Virus record (IMG/VR): IMGVR_UViG_3300010367_000378 | Coordinates: 21,636-85,635 of that record | Length of the DNA stretch: 64,000 nucleotides | Origin: a virus | Direction: 5' to 3' (one strand) | Part shown: piece after piece, positions 54,458-63,694 of the stretch | Numbering within the stretch: the first letter of the stretch is position 1 | How the letters are laid out: each line of letters opens with the position of its first letter | Notes under the pieces: model-generated | Seen by the model: the letters and a program-made list of their open reading frames with translations, nothing else | What the model was told of the DNA's origin: nothing | Databases searched by the model: none | Made by a program: the position numbers and the translations under genes

Positions 54458-56707
54458 TCACCACCCCGGAGGACGCGGCATGGCGGCCGACTGCGCAGGG
54501 GGAGGGGGCTCCTCATAGACCTCCTCGTAGGCGTCGACCGTCGCGTCGACGTCGTCGTCGATGCGCCCCTCGTCCCCGGTGAACGACTGCAGGATCTGGA
54601 GCCAGAACGTCCACCAGTCGCCAGCGAAGAGGGCTCCCTTCGCCGCGATCTCCCTGAGCTCCGGGTGGGCCGAGACCTTCTCGCTCCAGTTTTCGACCAG
54701 GTGGGAGATGGCCGGTTCCCAGGAGGCGCCGACGAACTGGATGCCCCCGGGGATGTCCGGCGCCGGCGGTTGGGCCCTGCTCCGGAAGGCGTCGGCGCGC
54801 GCGGCCTTCGCCGACAGGGTCGCCGTCGCCGCCCGGCGTGGGCGCTTGCAGATGATCTCCGGGACCGGCATCCCTACCCAGCCCGCCACCTCCCGGAGAT
54901 AGCGGACGATCTCATCCGCCCACCCCTCGCCGCCGGTGGCGGGGTCGATCGGGATGCGGATCTTGACCCCCGGGCCATCGAGCAGCATCGCCGCGGCGAT
55001 GAGTTGCTTCACGCCACGCGGAGCGAACTGGCCCCGGACGACGTGGCGGAGAATGATGTCGCCGCCAGCCTTCGTTCGACCCATCTTCGAGCCGACCGTG
55101 AAGTCGCCGCCGCCCTCGGTCGAGGCGAGGTCCCAGGCCCGGACGCAGATCTCGTAGATGTCCTCGTTCGCTACGAGCCCGGCGATCGCGGGGTCCCGGT
55201 CGAGGCGGACGAACCACTCCGACTCGAAGTTGCCGCCGCGCTCGACGCCCTTCGGATTCTGCTGGCACTCGCAGGCCGCGATGATCGGCCCCCGGATCTT
55301 GAAGACGACCCGCCATGCGTCGGCGCTCCGGCGCTCTGGCCAGAGCGGGGTCCCCGGCTCGGTCCGGAAGTCCGGCAGGATCTCGAAGAGGGGATACATC
55401 TCCCGGTAGCCGTCGAGCACGGCCGGGTCATAGACCGCGGAGAGGGCGAGGATGCCCCACTTCTCATCGGCCGTGGGGTTTTCGGCGAGGGCGGCGTGGC
55501 TGAGGCCCATGGCGTAGCCGATGAGGTCGCCTTTGTCCCAGCGCGTGACCGTCGCGCAGAGCTTCTGGCGGCGCATCTCGGCGGCGAACATCGACTCGCG
55601 GGCGCGGAGGACGCTGCCGTAGCGGGTCCGTTTCTTCTCCTGGGCACTCTTGTTGACGGCGTCCGCCCAGTCCTGATCCGGATCGTCGGGGAAGACCCAG
55701 GAGGCCGGGTTTCCTGTCTGGCCAGCAGCCATGCCGGCCGACCAGCAGCCGCCTCCTGCCTTCGTCTTCCACTCCTGGACCGCCTGGCGGCCGGGCTCGA
55801 ACTCGCCACCGGACTTCTTGAAGTTGGCCCGGGCGTCCGCGCTCCTCTTGTTCGCGATCTTGGTGTTGTAGGAGACGATCGAGCACCAGTCGCTGGGGAA
55901 CCGGTGGAGGATGTAGGGGACGGCATGACGCGGGCCGGCCTCGGTCTTGCCGTGCTGGGACGGGATAAAGATCGCGAGGTGATCGAAGGCGCCGTCGATC
56001 CAGCGGTCGACGGCGCCGACGATCGAGGGGGTGTGGGGGGCCCAGATGAACTTCCCGCCGAAGTGGCGCTCCAGCCACTCCCGGTAGGATGGGAAGGCCG
56101 GGCGCTTGATCAGCTCGGGGTCGAGATCTTTCGGGTCGAGAAGGAAGACGCGGCGGCCAGAGCTGCCGTTGACGCTCCAGTGTCGAGACACCCAGCCGGG
56201 CTCCAAGGCCGATCGAGCAGCAGCGACGACCCTCCGGAGTGGGTGAGGGCTTGCGAGAGTCGCGTCGCGGAGGAGAGTGAAGACGTGCTCCGAGACGTCC
56301 TCGGCCTGGTCGACGAGCAGCACGTCGGGGCGGCGGTCGAGCGCCTTGAGAGCTTCCGACTCCCGGTTGCAGCCGATCCAACGGATTGAGGAACCATTCC
56401 TGAACCGGATCTCGCCTTGAAGAGCCTCGGCGAAGCCGTGGGACTGCATCTCCCGGACCATCGAGAGAAGGCCGTCCTGGCCGCCGACGTGGTCGCGGTA
56501 GACGTCCGTCTCATCTTTCTGGAGGATCAGGACCGAGGTCCCGTCTCGGGATGTACAGGCCCGGAGCGCCATGGCGCGCAGCAGGTACGACGCTCCGGCC
56601 GGGACACCGCGGGCGGCGCTCGACAGGAGGAGCTCCGGAACACCATCGAGGCGGAGTGCCTCGAACTGCCCGCGGAACAGGCGGAAGATCGATCTTGGAC
56701 GGGCCAC
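54458..56707 (-). CDS. Terminase large subunit with an extra N-terminal degenerate ATPase domain
   Basis: Intact module IFIPSQHGKT..FPDDP..TRWDKGDLIG and RNase H nuclease RAWDLAS..GDFTVG..DDDVDA; first ~200 aa resemble a second terminase ATPase. Confidence 0.92.
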   Translation of the reverse strand: MARPRSIFRLFRGQFEALRLDGVPELLLSSAARGVPAGASYLLRAMALRACTSRDGTSVLILQKDETDVYRDHVGGQDGLLSMVREMQSHGFAEALQGEIRFRNGSSIRWIGCNRESEALKALDRRPDVLLVDQAEDVSEHVFTLLRDATLASPHPLRRVVAAARSALEPGWVSRHWSVNGSSGRRVFLLDPKDLDPELIKRPAFPSYREWLERHFGGKFIWAPHTPSIVGAVDRWIDGAFDHLAIFIPSQHGKTEAGPRHAVPYILHRFPSDWCSIVSYNTKIANKRSADARANFKKSGGEFEPGRQAVQEWKTKAGGGCWSAGMAAGQTGNPASWVFPDDPDQDWADAVNKSAQEKKRTRYGSVLRARESMFAAEMRRQKLCATVTRWDKGDLIGYAMGLSHAALAENPTADEKWGILALSAVYDPAVLDGYREMYPLFEILPDFRTEPGTPLWPERRSADAWRVVFKIRGPIIAACECQQNPKGVERGGNFESEWFVRLDRDPAIAGLVANEDIYEICVRAWDLASTEGGGDFTVGSKMGRTKAGGDIILRHVVRGQFAPRGVKQLIAAAMLLDGPGVKIRIPIDPATGGEGWADEIVRYLREVAGWVGMPVPEIICKRPRRAATATLSAKAARADAFRSRAQPPAPDIPGGIQFVGASWEPAISHLVENWSEKVSAHPELREIAAKGALFAGDWWTFWLQILQSFTGDEGRIDDDVDATVDAYEEVYEEPPPPAQSAAMPRPPGW

Positions 56708-56844
56708 GTTTGTTTCAAATGGTACGCGATCAGCTTGGAACTTCTAACCTGCCGCGAGTAGAATCCACGCCTGGAGCCCCCTGGGGCCGGATCGGTCACG
56801 TTGACACGTGGTTGAAGCGATGGTGGTGGGGGGCTTCTTTCGAT

Positions 56845-56921
56845 AGCGGGATGGCGCAGCCTGGTAGCGCGGCGGACTCATAATCCGCAGGTCGCGGGTT
56901 CAAGTCCCGCTCCCGCAACCA
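56845..56921 (+). tRNA. tRNA-Met(CAU), initiator-like, CCA encoded
   Basis: Full cloverleaf: AGCGGGA/TCCCGCA acceptor, GCGC D-stem, GCGGA-CTCATAA-TCCGC, GCGGG-TTCAAGT-CCCGC, ACCA. Confidence 0.95.
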
Positions 56922-57162
56922 GTTCTTTTCCGATACACCCGCGTGCACCGCGGCCCGGGCCTCCTCCTTCTAGCCGAGGCGGGGGTCTTGGCCGCCGGTC
57001 AAGTCATGCCAGTCCCGGGGCAGTGTGGAGGGTGAACCTGGGGCCGAAGCGAGCCGATGCCTGCTGGAGAAGGCGGCTCGCGGGTGATGGTGGGACTCCA
57101 CGGCCGGCACTTCATGCGTAGGGCCCCCGGGGCTGTTCTCCAGCAGCTCCGGGGCTTTCCAG

Positions 57163-57312
57163 CTACCGTTTCCACAACCTCGACAGCAGCCAGCGGATGA
57201 TCCCCAGGCTCCGACGACCCTGGTGGCGGCGATGGCTGCGCAGCCAGACCCGGCGCCGGCTCCCTCTTCGAGCCGCCATCCTCCACCACCGGGAGACCGT
57301 GTCCGCTTTCAT
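57163..57312 (-). CDS. 49-aa Arg/Trp-rich peptide
   Basis: MKADTVSRWWRMAARRGSRRRVWLRSHRRHQGRRSLGIIRWLLSRLWKR; weak RBS. Confidence 0.35.
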   Translation of the reverse strand: MKADTVSRWWRMAARRGSRRRVWLRSHRRHQGRRSLGIIRWLLSRLWKR

Positions 57313-57341
57313 CGCGCCCATCGCCCCAGGTGCGCGCGCCT

Positions 57342-57739
57342 TCAGTTCGACAGCTCGTCTTCGTCGACGTCTGCCACGGTAGCCGGGGGAGAGGGTGCAG
57401 CACCACCACCGAGGGCGGTGTCGATCGCCGCCTCGATGGTGGCGATAAGCCGCTCTTTGGCGGCTTGCTCCGCAGTTGGAAGCCGTTGACCACGTCCATA
57501 GCCATCCGGACGAGATCCTCGGCGGCTTGCTGGCGTTCCACGGTCGGTTCGAGAGACGGCTTGCCGATCCTCCACCCGGTCCGGGTCATCCAGGTCGTGC
57601 AGCCGTCGGAGACCGCGCGCAGCGCGTCCATGGCGTCGAGCACGATCTGCGTGAGGGCCCCGGCCTTGGCGACCAGCGGCAGCCTCGCGGTCTCGGACTC
57701 GTCGAGCGCCTGGCAGAGGACCTCGCCCCATTCCTTCAC
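57342..57739 (-). CDS. Hypothetical protein (apparent 1-nt deletion near 57478)
   Basis: MKEWGEVL..VVNGF joins PTAEQAAKERL..DELSN if one C is added. Confidence 0.55.
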
Positions 57740-57753
57740 CCAGTCCTCGGGGT

Positions 57754-57954
57754 CTAGGACGTTGAGATCCTCTCTCGGGCGCGCCTCGCCGTTACGCTGC
57801 TGGCGCCCTGTTGTGGCGCAGCGGCCCCGGCCAGAGGCGGGATCAGCGACCAGCCGGCACGCTTGAGCACGTCGACGATCGAGGAGGAGGCCGAGACCCG
57901 CCGTTGTAGGCGACCATCCGGCGAATAGAGGACGATCTTCTTTTTATTCAGCAT
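57754..57954 (-). CDS. Small hypothetical protein
   Basis: RBS GGAGAGGA before ATG 57954. Confidence 0.6.
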   Translation of the reverse strand: MLNKKKIVLYSPDGRLQRRVSASSSIVDVLKRAGWSLIPPLAGAAAPQQGASSVTARRARERISTS

Positions 57955-59035
57955 TTTCCTCTCCATTCTCCCGCGGCGTGAATTCCGCCTCGAGGAACAC
58001 CACCTCCATGCTTCGCGCCTTCCCTTCCTCCACAACGGCGCCGGGCAGGCGCAGATACTCCCGGATCTGGTTGGCCTTCTGCTGGACCCGCTGCGCCCGG
58101 ATGCGGTCGAGCGCCGCCACCTCGCTGGTGACGGGGAGGTGGTCGGCTCGATCGAGGAGGGCGATCTCGCGCCCCAGCAGGCCCAGGACCGCCTCCTGCG
58201 CCTGAGCGGGGTCCTGGAGCTTCGTGAGGAGCTGAGCGAAGGTCTCGTCCCCCTCGGCCGCCGGCAGCATGTCGCGGCCGAACTTCACCATCCGCTGTTC
58301 CGCCCGCAGCTTCAGCCGGAGCTTGGCGTTCTCCTGCACCCGGCCCCAGAGCTCGGCGCGTCCGGCGGCTTCGTCCTGGCGGTAGGAGAGGATCTGGGTG
58401 GGCTGCGGAGGGCCACCGTTCGCCGCGCTGCCGCGGGTCACCGACTTGCGCACCACCCGGGAGCGGGCCAGGTCCTCGAGGATCATCTCGTCCATCTGGT
58501 AGGTCCAGGAGATCTCCTCCTGAATCGAGGCGAGCTGCTCGTCGAGGAAGGCGGCGCCGTTGGCGAGGGACCCCTGGCGCAGATCGTTCCAGACGACCCG
58601 CATGTCCCCCCGCACCGTCTGGACGCTGAGGCGGGCCGCTTCCGCCGCGGCGTCGGCCTCGGAAGCCGAGACCCCGCGCGCCAGCGCCTGCTCACGGGCC
58701 CGGGCGGAACGGCGTTCGTTGAGAAGCTTCCAGCCCTCGACCGCCGTGAATTTCGGTCCAGCCTGCCGGGCGAGATTCAGCAGGAAGGCGCGGTCATCCT
58801 CCCGCTCCAGGTCGTTCCGTTCTATGCGTGCCATCTGGTGCTCATCAGGATAGCCGGGAAGCTCTACGGCTGCCAGTTCCGGGGGGGGGGGCAAAGTATC
58901 CCACTCAGGGAACTCCAGCCCTTCCATTCCGGCCGCCAGCTCGTCGGCCAGTTTCTCAAAGGCCTGGGGGTCGAACCCTTCCAGGTCGTGGTGCTCGTCG
59001 ATGCGCGGGACCTCCAGTAGATGAGGTAGCCGCAC
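57944..59035 (-). CDS. Putative terminase small subunit
   Basis: HTH-like LSVQTVRGDM, helical acidic body, about 1.2 kb upstream of TerL. Confidence 0.5.
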   Translation of the reverse strand: MRLPHLLEVPRIDEHHDLEGFDPQAFEKLADELAAGMEGLEFPEWDTLPPPPELAAVELPGYPDEHQMARIERNDLEREDDRAFLLNLARQAGPKFTAVEGWKLLNERRSARAREQALARGVSASEADAAAEAARLSVQTVRGDMRVVWNDLRQGSLANGAAFLDEQLASIQEEISWTYQMDEMILEDLARSRVVRKSVTRGSAANGGPPQPTQILSYRQDEAAGRAELWGRVQENAKLRLKLRAEQRMVKFGRDMLPAAEGDETFAQLLTKLQDPAQAQEAVLGLLGREIALLDRADHLPVTSEVAALDRIRAQRVQQKANQIREYLRLPGAVVEEGKARSMEVVFLEAEFTPRENGEENAE

Positions 59036-59098
59036 GCCTGGTTAATGGGACGACAGCAGACCGTGAAGTGCCGGGGGTGCGAAGGCATTATGCACCCT

Positions 59099-59275
59099 TC
59101 AGCGTTGCAGCAGGCAGGCATTGAGCGTCGAGGCGATCGAGCGCGCCACCTCCTCCCGATGGTAGCGGTTGGGCGCGGCCGACGTCGGTCGGCCCTCCCG
59201 GGCCTCGAATCGCCGGCCGGTCCACACCACCTTCCAGGTCTCTCCGGGCGGGGGGAGGAGGAGCTGCTCGCGCAT
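59099..59275 (-). CDS. Small hypothetical protein
   Basis: ATG overlaps the methyltransferase stop (TGATG). Confidence 0.5.
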   Translation of the reverse strand: MREQLLLPPPGETWKVVWTGRRFEAREGRPTSAAPNRYHREEVARSIASTLNACLLQR

Positions 59276-60884
59276 CAGGCGCCGAACGCCTCGAAGAGAA
59301 GCCCCTGGCCAGCGTCATCGGTCACCAGGGCAGGGCGGCGGCGCCGGAAGAGGACCGGGGCCTCCAGGGTGTGCTCGATCTCCCCCCGGTCGACGAGCCG
59401 CCACAGGGCGGCGTTGACGGGGGTGGTGAACAAGACGTCGGCCGTGAGGTCGAAGATCTCGACCCCCAGCCGGTTGAAGGTGCGCGGCTCGCCGTCGGCG
59501 AGGCCTTCGAGGAGCAGCTCCTCCAGCTCGGCCGCCGGCCTCTTGGCGAGGGTCCGGTGCGGAGCTCGATCCTGGTGGCCACCCTTCGGCCGTGGGGTCC
59601 GCTGGGGATCGCCTGGCGCGCGCACCAGGTGGGTGTAGGCGGCCAGCCCTTCGCGATCGGCGACGGCGCCAAAGACCCAGGTCAGGATGCCGGTCGCCGC
59701 CGGCTGGTTCGCCGAGATCCCGCTCGTGGTGCTGGCGGCCTCCGCCGCTTCCTCCTGGAGCCGCCCCTGCAGGTGCTCGATGACCTCGTCCCAGTCCACC
59801 CCGTAGCAGGAGCCCCCGGTCTTCCCGATCACCGGCGCCACCACCTCGCGCATCTCCTCCGGATCGGTGATCTCGCTCGCCTGCTCCAGCAGCTCTTGGC
59901 GGTGCTCGATCGTGAAGACGGCGTTCGCGGTGCTGTGGTTCGAGAATCCGCAGACCTCGGGCTCGGACCCGCGCAGCTCGCGGTCCAGGGTGGCGAAGGT
60001 GACCTCGATGCCCGTACCGTATTCGCGGAAGGCATTCTTCTCGATCATCTCCCAGGTGGCGGAGATGCAGCCCGGGAGCTCCAGCGCGCAGCGGGTCAGC
60101 AGGTCACCCAGCCCGTTGGGGCCGAGGGTGACGATCCGGCCGCCGGGTGCCAGCAGGCTCCAGGCGTGCTCGATGTGCCGCACGTAGGTGTTCCGGGAGA
60201 AGGGCGGGTTCATGACGATCCGGTCGTAGAGAACAGCCGGCCGATAGGAGAGGAAGTCTTCCCCCACCAGGTGGGCCTCGCCGGCGGCGAGCAGCCGCTC
60301 GCGGGCCGCGGCGTCCGTCTCGCAGACGTCGATCTGCTCGGCGCCGGCCAAGCGGAGGAGGTGCACGAGGCGTCCGTCGCCGGCGCTGGGCTCCAGGTAG
60401 CGCATGGAGGGGAGGGCGGGCCCTGCCTCGCGGACCATGGCCTCGCCCACCTCCATCGGGGTGTAGAAGGCCTGGCGCGCCTTCCGCTGGGCCTTCGCGT
60501 CCAGGACCTCGTTGACCGGCTGGAACGTCACGGTCGCCCCGGGGGACACGTGGGGCGCTTCGTGCTCCACCGCGAGAGCGCCGAGTCGATCGAGTAGCGA
60601 GGAGACGGCGCGCCCTGCCGGCGCTGCCGGCGATGGGTCCCGCAGTGGCGGCAGGCAGCCAGGTCCTCAAAGACGAGGTCGAGATCCGCCACCTCGCCGG
60701 CGAGCTTCTGGACGGGGTCCCAGCGGTGCCGGGAAACGTTCTCGCCCCCGAGTGCGCGGACGATCTCCTTCCGGTTCTCGTCGTTCTCTACTGCCTCCCC
60801 TTCGCCCTGCTCGATCAGCCAGTCAACATCGCAGAGCTCGCATTCACCGGCTGGCCGGAGATCCTCATGGCCACAGGCTCTCAT
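59275..60884 (-). CDS. N6-adenine DNA methyltransferase (class I SAM) with N- and C-terminal extensions; apparent 1-nt deletion near 60636
   Basis: FYTP, YLEPSAGDG, DFL, YDRIVMNPPF, LAPGGRIV; 60528..60884 ORF joins in frame if one C is added. Confidence 0.85.
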
Positions 60885-61237
60885 GGGACTGCTGCTTCCT
60901 TTGGTAGGTCGGCTGTGGCCAGGACCTCGCGGATTGGCGCGGCGATCCGGTCGAGGGCCTCGCGGGCTTCCCGGTCGTAACCCATCGACCAGAGGAGGTG
61001 GAGCGTCGCGAGCGCCTCGCCAAGGTCCTCGAAGCCGGCGTCGTCGGCCATTTCCTCAGCGTGGGAGAGGAACTCGCCGACGTTGGCCCGGGCGACGTCC
61101 TCGCCGGCGATCGGCTCGTCTCCATCCGGCCAGGCACGAGCGGCGGTCCAGCCGTGGAAGCGGGTCGCCCACGGCTTCCCGGTGAGGAGGAGAGGGTGGG
61201 CGACCAGGTTGTGGACGAGCTGCCAGAAGAAGCGCAT
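60881..61237 (-). CDS. Hypothetical protein
   Basis: ORF track; coupled to the downstream gene. Confidence 0.65.
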   Translation of the reverse strand: MRFFWQLVHNLVAHPLLLTGKPWATRFHGWTAARAWPDGDEPIAGEDVARANVGEFLSHAEEMADDAGFEDLGEALATLHLLWSMGYDREAREALDRIAAPIREVLATADLPKEAAVP

Positions 61238-61247
61238 CGGGGTCTCC

Positions 61248-61508
61248 TCAGAAAGTAGCGATCCAGACCCGGGCCCGATCGGCCCAGGCGTAGATCAGGT
61301 TCCAGGCGTCGTCGAAGGCTTCGACGTCGTCGCCGTCTTCCTCGTCCGCGAGCTCACGGAGGGGCTCCAGCAGGTGCTCCGGGGGCTTCACCCGCAGAGC
61401 CTCGAAGCGCTCGACGATCCCCTTGCACAGGGCGCCGAGGGTGATCTCTTCCTCCTCCTTCGCCGCCCAGAGGTCGGCGATCTCCAGGCGGGCTTCCCAG
61501 TGAGGCAC
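61248..61508 (-). CDS. Hypothetical protein
   Basis: Ends FDDAWNLIYAWADRARVWI, a phage-type motif. Confidence 0.7.
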   Translation of the reverse strand: MPHWEARLEIADLWAAKEEEEITLGALCKGIVERFEALRVKPPEHLLEPLRELADEEDGDDVEAFDDAWNLIYAWADRARVWIATF

Positions 61509-61511
61509 GGC

Positions 61512-62093
61512 TCACACCTCCAGCCGCGTCAGGCCGCGGCGCTTGATCTCATCGTCGAAGTGGTCGATGAACGGGGAGACGGGCGCTTCGAGGACCTCGG
61601 CGAACTCCGCGTCGAAGGCTTCCTGGGCGGCGTCCCCGTTGGGGCCAGGGCCGGTCAGGTAGGCGCGCAGGATGCGCGGTCCGATGGCCCCCTTGCGCCG
61701 GAGCATCCGGTCCGCGGCCAGCAGGTGGTGGTCCTCCATGGCGGTGACGTGGATGTCCTCGCCCTCGCGGGTCGTCCAGATCCCCGCGGCGGCCTTCGCT
61801 TCCAGGTCCTGGCGTGTTGCCGTACCCATCCTCGGGTCTCCTTCCTTGGGGGCCAGCGGCCCGTAGATGTCGCAGGTGGCGCAGCGCCCGCACCTCGAGC
61901 AGGTGCCACGCGGTTCTCCGTGCAGGGTGCAGGTGATCGGCAGGGAGACGCCGAAGAAGCAGTTGCCGCTCCGGCGGTGGGTCATGCCGGCGTGCTCGGG
62001 CTTCCGCGGCCAGCCGAAGGAACAGCGGCAGCTATCGCGGTCCGGGTTGCCGCACCGGGAGTGGTGGACGAGGCCGGCGGCGTCAGTCCTCAC
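61512..62093 (-). CDS. Hypothetical protein with Cys/His-rich N-half
   Basis: ORF track; WTTREGEDIHVTAMEDHHL C-half. Confidence 0.6.
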   Translation of the reverse strand: MRTDAAGLVHHSRCGNPDRDSCRCSFGWPRKPEHAGMTHRRSGNCFFGVSLPITCTLHGEPRGTCSRCGRCATCDIYGPLAPKEGDPRMGTATRQDLEAKAAAGIWTTREGEDIHVTAMEDHHLLAADRMLRRKGAIGPRILRAYLTGPGPNGDAAQEAFDAEFAEVLEAPVSPFIDHFDDEIKRRGLTRLEV

Positions 62094-62406
62094 GCAGCCG
62101 CCTCGCCCTCGGTCTTGATCTCGACCGGGTCATCCCACTTCAACCGGTAGGTGGACTCGCCGGCGGAGAGGACCTCGTCGCCCGCTGCGGCGGTCCGGCG
62201 GCTCACCACGAACCGGGCGAACTGCTCGGCGCTCAGCCGGACCCGGACGCTCTGGCCGTGCGTGAGCTTCGAGGCGACCGCCTGGCCGGGGCATCCGCAG
62301 CCAGCCCCAGCGAGTTGCGGAAGATGTCCGCGAGGCGAGCAACGACCTTCGCCGAGTTGGGGGCGTTGGGGGTGACGATCCGGAAGGTGATCTCGTAGGC
62401 GGTCAT
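62090..62406 (-). CDS. Hypothetical protein (apparent 1-nt deletion near 62301)
   Basis: RBS GGAGAGGAG; MTAYEITF..NSLGL joins GCGCPGQAVASKL.. with one added G. Confidence 0.55.
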
Positions 62407-62427
62407 AGGCGGCTCCTCTCCGTTACG

Positions 62428-62454
62428 ATTCATACTCTATATAGGCTACGTCAA
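62428..62454 (-). promoter_or_regulatory. Promoter-like AT-rich element with CATACTCTATATAG operator-like motif
   Basis: TTGACG on the minus strand (62449-62454); shares ATACTCTATA with the 3577 and 15489 sites; -10 spacing not ideal. Confidence 0.5.
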
Positions 62455-62507
62455 CAGGCGAGCCGCGATCCACCGAGAGTTGCGCCCAGTGCAGGCGATA
62501 CGCGCTG

Positions 62508-62765
62508 CTAGGAATACCACCCGGCGTGGAGCTCACGGACGTCGTCAAAGAGGATCACCACCTGGGCGCCGCCCACCGTGCGCCCTCTCGCGATGTGGTC
62601 GTCGAGGCTTTCCAGCCAGACCGCGACCCTGCGCGGCGGATCGTCGGGATCTCCCGGAGGCCTGCTGATGATCGTCACCCGTTCGTTGAGCCTCTTGCGC
62701 AGCCAACTCCTGGCGACATAGCCGGCGGGGGAGAGGTGGACGTCCTTCTCCTCGAGGAGGCTCAC
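62508..62765 (-). CDS. Hypothetical protein
   Basis: GTG start overlapping upstream stop. Confidence 0.55.
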   Translation of the reverse strand: MSLLEEKDVHLSPAGYVARSWLRKRLNERVTIISRPPGDPDDPPRRVAVWLESLDDHIARGRTVGGAQVVILFDDVRELHAGWYS

Positions 62766-62974
62766 AGGCTGCCTCCCGGGTGCGTGGCGCGGCGGATGTC
62801 GTCGAGCAGCTCCCCCATCTCCCGACGGGCCTCGAGCAACTCCTGGTCCCATCTCTTGCGGCGCTGGCTTTTGGCCGCGGGCTCCAGGTCGGAGTCCCCA
62901 ACGATCCGCTGGATCTGGTGGTTGGCCTCCGCGATCCGAGCGAGGATCGCGTCGTTGCGTTCGTTGAAGGTCAC
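62762..62974 (-). CDS. Small coiled-coil protein
   Basis: GTG start overlapping upstream stop. Confidence 0.55.
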   Translation of the reverse strand: MTFNERNDAILARIAEANHQIQRIVGDSDLEPAAKSQRRKRWDQELLEARREMGELLDDIRRATHPGGSL

Positions 62975-63672
62975 AGATACCTCCAGTCGATCTGCACCAG
63001 CTCCCGGGGGGTGGAGCGGGTGTGGAAGCGCTCCCAACGAGCAGGATCGAAGTCGGGCCCGGCTTTAAGCGGGGAGACGATGCACAACGCCGTCAGCTCG
63101 ACGACAGCGAGGCCCGCCGGCCGGACCCCCTTCTCCCGAGTCTCGCGCGCGGGCCGCGAGCGGTCCGTGAGGATCACGGTCCTGTTTTTGGTCATCCACT
63201 TGGGGATCGCGTCCCGATAGAGCCGGGTCGCCTGCCGCCTCCGGATCTCGCTGGCGAGTTCCCCGGCGTTCAGGTGAGCGAGGTAGGGGAGGCGGACGTC
63301 GTGGGTGGTGGCCACCTCGGCCGCGAGGCCATGGATGAAGCTGGTGGAGGGGATCACGTGGTCGAGGCGGACGAACGGCGCCTCGGCCGGTTTCACCCGG
63401 CAGAGGCCCGGCTTCCCTGCCGCCCCCCTGGGGAGGACGTAGACCAGCATCCGCTCGGGCAGAGCGGCGAGCTCGGCCGCGTCCAGGGGGCGGTCCTTCA
63501 TCGCCCACTGGCCGTGGGAGAGCAGGTGCCGCAGGGCGGGGTCGAAGCTGCGGGGGGACCGGTGTGGTCCCTTCCGGCCAACCGGCCCGGGCCCCGCTGC
63601 TGGGGAGATGCCGTCGGCCGCCAGCCGGCGCGCCACCTCGAGGAACAGATCATCTCCGTCGCGCTGGCTCAT
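62971..63672 (-). CDS. Hypothetical protein
   Basis: ORF track; coupled downstream. Confidence 0.65.
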   Translation of the reverse strand: MSQRDGDDLFLEVARRLAADGISPAAGPGPVGRKGPHRSPRSFDPALRHLLSHGQWAMKDRPLDAAELAALPERMLVYVLPRGAAGKPGLCRVKPAEAPFVRLDHVIPSTSFIHGLAAEVATTHDVRLPYLAHLNAGELASEIRRRQATRLYRDAIPKWMTKNRTVILTDRSRPARETREKGVRPAGLAVVELTALCIVSPLKAGPDFDPARWERFHTRSTPRELVQIDWRYL

Positions 63673-63694
63673 TCGCAGATCTCCAGGATGCCAT

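Noticed and set aside
56950-56997. GC-rich imperfect hairpin after the tRNA
   Set aside because: No U-tract and many wobble pairs; insufficient support as a terminator or ncRNA
57342-57739. Programmed frameshifting at the accessory-gene breaks (57478, 60636, 62301, 22063, 22196)
   Set aside because: No X XXY YYZ heptamers; the pattern fits single-base loss in short runs
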